Below, in pieces: positions 61,000-64,000 of a DNA stretch of 64,000 nt. Below the pieces are notes generated by a model, which saw nothing but the letters and a program-made list of their open reading frames with translations, was not told the origin of the DNA and ran no database searches. The stretch comes from Lama glama (lineage: Eukaryota): positions 14,014,001 to 14,078,000 of the forward strand of contig CM052818.1 in NCBI GenBank assembly GCA_028534125.1, given 5' to 3'. Within the stretch, counting starts at the first letter, position 1; each line of letters begins with the position of its first letter. A program made the position numbers and the translations under genes.

Positions 61000-63900
61000 T
61001 TTAAGGTCTTAAGATATAATTTACACATAATAAAATGCATGGATCTTCAGTTTTAACAGTTTAATGGTTTTAGAGTGCATCCACTCATTTAACCCACACT
61101 GCTGTCAAGATATAGAACATTTCCATCATCTCAGAAAGATCCCTTTGGCCCTTAGCAGTCGATTCTCTCCTCCCCCAAACCCCCAGTCCAGGGAACCACA
61201 CTGTTCTAATTTCTTTCACCTTGATTAGTTTTGCCTATTATAGAGCATTGTATGAATGGAGTCACACAGTATGTACTCTTTTATGTCTGGTTACTTGCAT
61301 TTAATGTTTTTGAGATTTATCAGTGATGTTGCTGGTATCAGTAATTCCTTTTTACTACTGAGTAGTGTTTATAAAAATATACTACAATTTAATTATTCAT
61401 TCACTTGTTGATAGACATTTGGATTATATAGTTTCTGGCTACTATAACCAAAAATGCTGTGAACATCCTTGTACAGACCTTTTTGTGGACATATATTTTC
61501 ATTTCTTTTGGGTAAGGAGAGTGGAATTGAGTAAGAATAAACTGAGAGTAGAATTACTGGGTCATAGGATCAGTATGTATTTATAAGAAATTGCCATACT
61601 GTTCTTCAGTGTTTCCACTTCCAGAAGCAACATGAGAGTTCTAGTGGCTTCACATTCTCAGCAACATTTTATGTTATCAGTCTTTTAAATTTGAGGCACT
61701 TTAGTGTGTATGTAGTTCTTTCTCATTGTGGTTTTAATTTAGATCTCCCTAATGACTAATGAATTAGAGGATTTTTATGTGTCTATTGCCTATTTGTATA
61801 TCTTCTTTTGTGAAATTTTCCCATTCTTAACATTGGGTTGTGTGTCTTCCTTACTGATTTGCAGGAGTTCTTTCTGTATTCTGGATTAGTCTTTTGCCAG
61901 ATGTGTGGATTGTGAATGTATTCTAATCTAGCTTGCCTATTTTTATTGGTGGTTTCTTTTGATGAGTATAACTTTTTAGTTTTGCAGAAGTCTGAATTTA
62001 TCAGGATTTTCTTTTATGATTAATGCTTTCTGTGTGCTGTCCAAGACATCTTTGCCTACTCCAGGGTTGTGAAAATAGTCTGCTTTCTTCTAGAAGCTTC
62101 AATTTTAGCTTTTATTTTTGAATCTATGATCTATCTTGAATTAATTTTGCCTATGGAAGAGTTATGGGTCTAGATTTATGTATATTTCCATATAGATACC
62201 CAGTTTTCCCAGCAGAATTTTTTTGAAATAATTTTTTCAAAATTATCTATCTTGTCTATCTTTATTGCATTGCTTTGGTGCCTTTGTCAAAAATCAATTG
62301 ACCACATAAGTGTGCCTATTTATGTACATGTATTTTGTTCTATTGATCTATCTGTCTATCCTTATGCCAATACCAGACTGTTTTGATTACTGTAGCTTTA
62401 TGGTAAGTGTTCAAATCAGTGTGACTACTCCCAAGTTTTATCTTCTTTTTAAAAATTGTTTCATCCTTTGTAGGTCCTTTGTATTTCTATATGTTTTGGA
62501 ATTGGCTTGTTCATTTCTACAAAATACCTCCTGGGAGTTGATTGGGATTGCATTGAGATTAGAGATTACTGTGTGGAGAAATGACATTTTAGGGTTTGAG
62601 ATTTTACCATATAACAAGCTAACCAGTTAGCCTGAATAGTTTAATGGATACTAGCAGTACATACAGATTCCTGGGCCAGAGTCAAAAGAACTTGATTACC
62701 CACAGCAATGGTAACAGCTGGAATATCACATATTCTTGTGCAGGTTCCCTGAGCCCCATTTCCCACCAGGCAACGTGGAATAGGCCAAGTGACACTTGTA
62801 CTTGCTGTGGGTTGTATTATAGGAGAGGAACCTTGAACTTAAAGAAACTAAATCTTACATTTTTCTGACTGTTGCTTAAGAGGGGGACGCTATCTTCATT
62901 TCCAAGGCTGTTCACTGTATACATCTTCAAAAAGATAATCAGAAACAAAGGCAGTCAGTGCCCAGTATCTCTACTCACAGGATATGCAAAAACAGTAGAA
63001 ACTCATAGGGAACTCTTTCCTGACACTGAACAATATTGTCTTCCAATCCATGTACATGATATATCTCACTGTTTCTCTCTATTCTTTAGATCTTTGATTT
63101 CTCTCAACAGCATTTTATATAGTTCAGTGTAGAGGTTTTGTACCTCTGTTGTTAAATTTACTCTTAAGTATTTTTTTGTTACTACTGTAAATGATATTTA
63201 AATTTAAAAAATTTTCCATTTGTTTGTTGCTAGTATATGGAAATACAGTGATTTTTGTATAATCATATCTATCCTGCATCCTTCCTAAATTCACTTACTA
63301 GCTCTAGTAGGATTTAGTAGATGTTTTTTGTTTGTTTGTTTTTTTACCATTGGGATTTTCTAACCACACAGTCCTGTTGTCTGCAAGGTAAGATTGTTTT
63401 AGTTTTTCCTTCTCATCTTCATGTCATAAATGTGGTGAGAAGGCAAGTGGATTTCTTGCTTTATTCTACATCTTGAGGAAAATTTGTTTAGTCTTTCACT
63501 TTTAAGTGTGATGTTAGCTGCATATGTTTCCTAGATGTTCTTACCTTTAGGTTGAGAAAATTTTCTTCTATTCCATTTGCTGAAAATTTTTATGAAATGG
63601 TGTTGAATTTTATCATTTTGGCCTCTATTGAGATAGATGGTCATATGACTTCTTTTTCAGGCTGTTAATATGGTAAATTTCATTGTTAAGTCTGTAAAAC
63701 ATTTTGGGAAGTGTTTGCCCCATTATATACTGAAAGAGTTGTGTAAGCGTCCTTTGATCTTTATAGAATTTACTAGTGAAGCCATCTGGCCTTGGAGGTT
63801 TCTTTGTGGAGAAGGTTTTAAATTACAGGTTTACTTTCTTTAAGTGATATAGGACTATTCAGATATTCTATTTCTGCTTGTGTCAATTTTGGAAATGTAT

Positions 63901-64000
63901 ACCTTTCAAGCAACTTGTCTATTTCATGTTTATGAGTAGACAAATAGGAATTGGTCCACTCACCTAAGTTGTCTCATATGTTGACATAAACTTATTCATA
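61000..64000 (-). mobile_element. L1M (L1MB/MC-like) ORF2/3' region, antisense in RTN4 intron 1, runs off the window
   Basis: Long collinear L1 antisense motifs: CTCATTGTGGTTTTAATT, CTTTGTCAAAAATCAATTGACC, TTTTGATTACTGTAGCTTTA, CTAGTGAAGCCATCTGG. Confidence 0.85.
62588..63025. mobile_element. Probable ERV LTR inserted in an intronic L1
   Basis: About 440 bp of non-L1 sequence ending TGACA. It interrupts otherwise contiguous L1 sequence (GGAGAAATGACAT...AATATTGTCTTCCAATCCATG). Confidence 0.65.

Larger units (their letters stand above)
52710..64000 (+). other. RTN4: RTN4 intron 1 (5' part, runs past the window end)
   Basis: Starts GTGAGT. No sequence encoding the next exon (DETLFALPAASEP-like) was seen before 64000. 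Filled with L2, L1 and LTR remnants. Confidence 0.85.

Noticed and set aside
1..64000. CRISPR array, operon, defence system or other prokaryote-type novel system
   Set aside because: The sequence is mammalian; no regularly spaced repeat-spacer array, gene cluster or foreign-composition insert was seen.

Overview
Mammalian genomic DNA, most likely a camelid (alpaca, llama or camel), judged from four camelid-type tRNA-derived SINEs (Vic-1-like) and cetartiodactyl L1 3' ends; I saw no Alu, B1, Bov-tA/BovB, PRE1 or CAN SINEs. The only protein-coding sequence I can support is exon 1 of RTN4 (Nogo-A/B; + strand, ATG 52148, donor after 52709). It lies in a TATA-less CpG-island promoter and is followed by about 11 kb of intron 1; I did not find exon 2 in the window. 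The ~51 kb upstream is largely transposon debris (L1, L2, MIR, MLT/ERV solo LTRs, hAT and Tigger DNA elements) with a 500-N assembly gap at 28158-28657. Almost all ORFs in the track are spurious. I found no convincing previously undescribed biological system. The best leads are regulatory and hypothetical: a CpG-retaining CRE/CCAAT/TATA/Inr/donor cassette at ~15.3-15.6 kb (possible distal first exon), small duplications that create or multiply TF sites (a DR5 element in intron 1, 3x TTCCTAGAA, a doubled E-box/SOX unit), a sense-oriented ERV1 solo LTR, and nested TE insertions with clean target-site duplications (TSDs). Repeat family names and human comparisons come from recalled consensus sequences, not from searches; repeat boundaries without a TSD are approximate.
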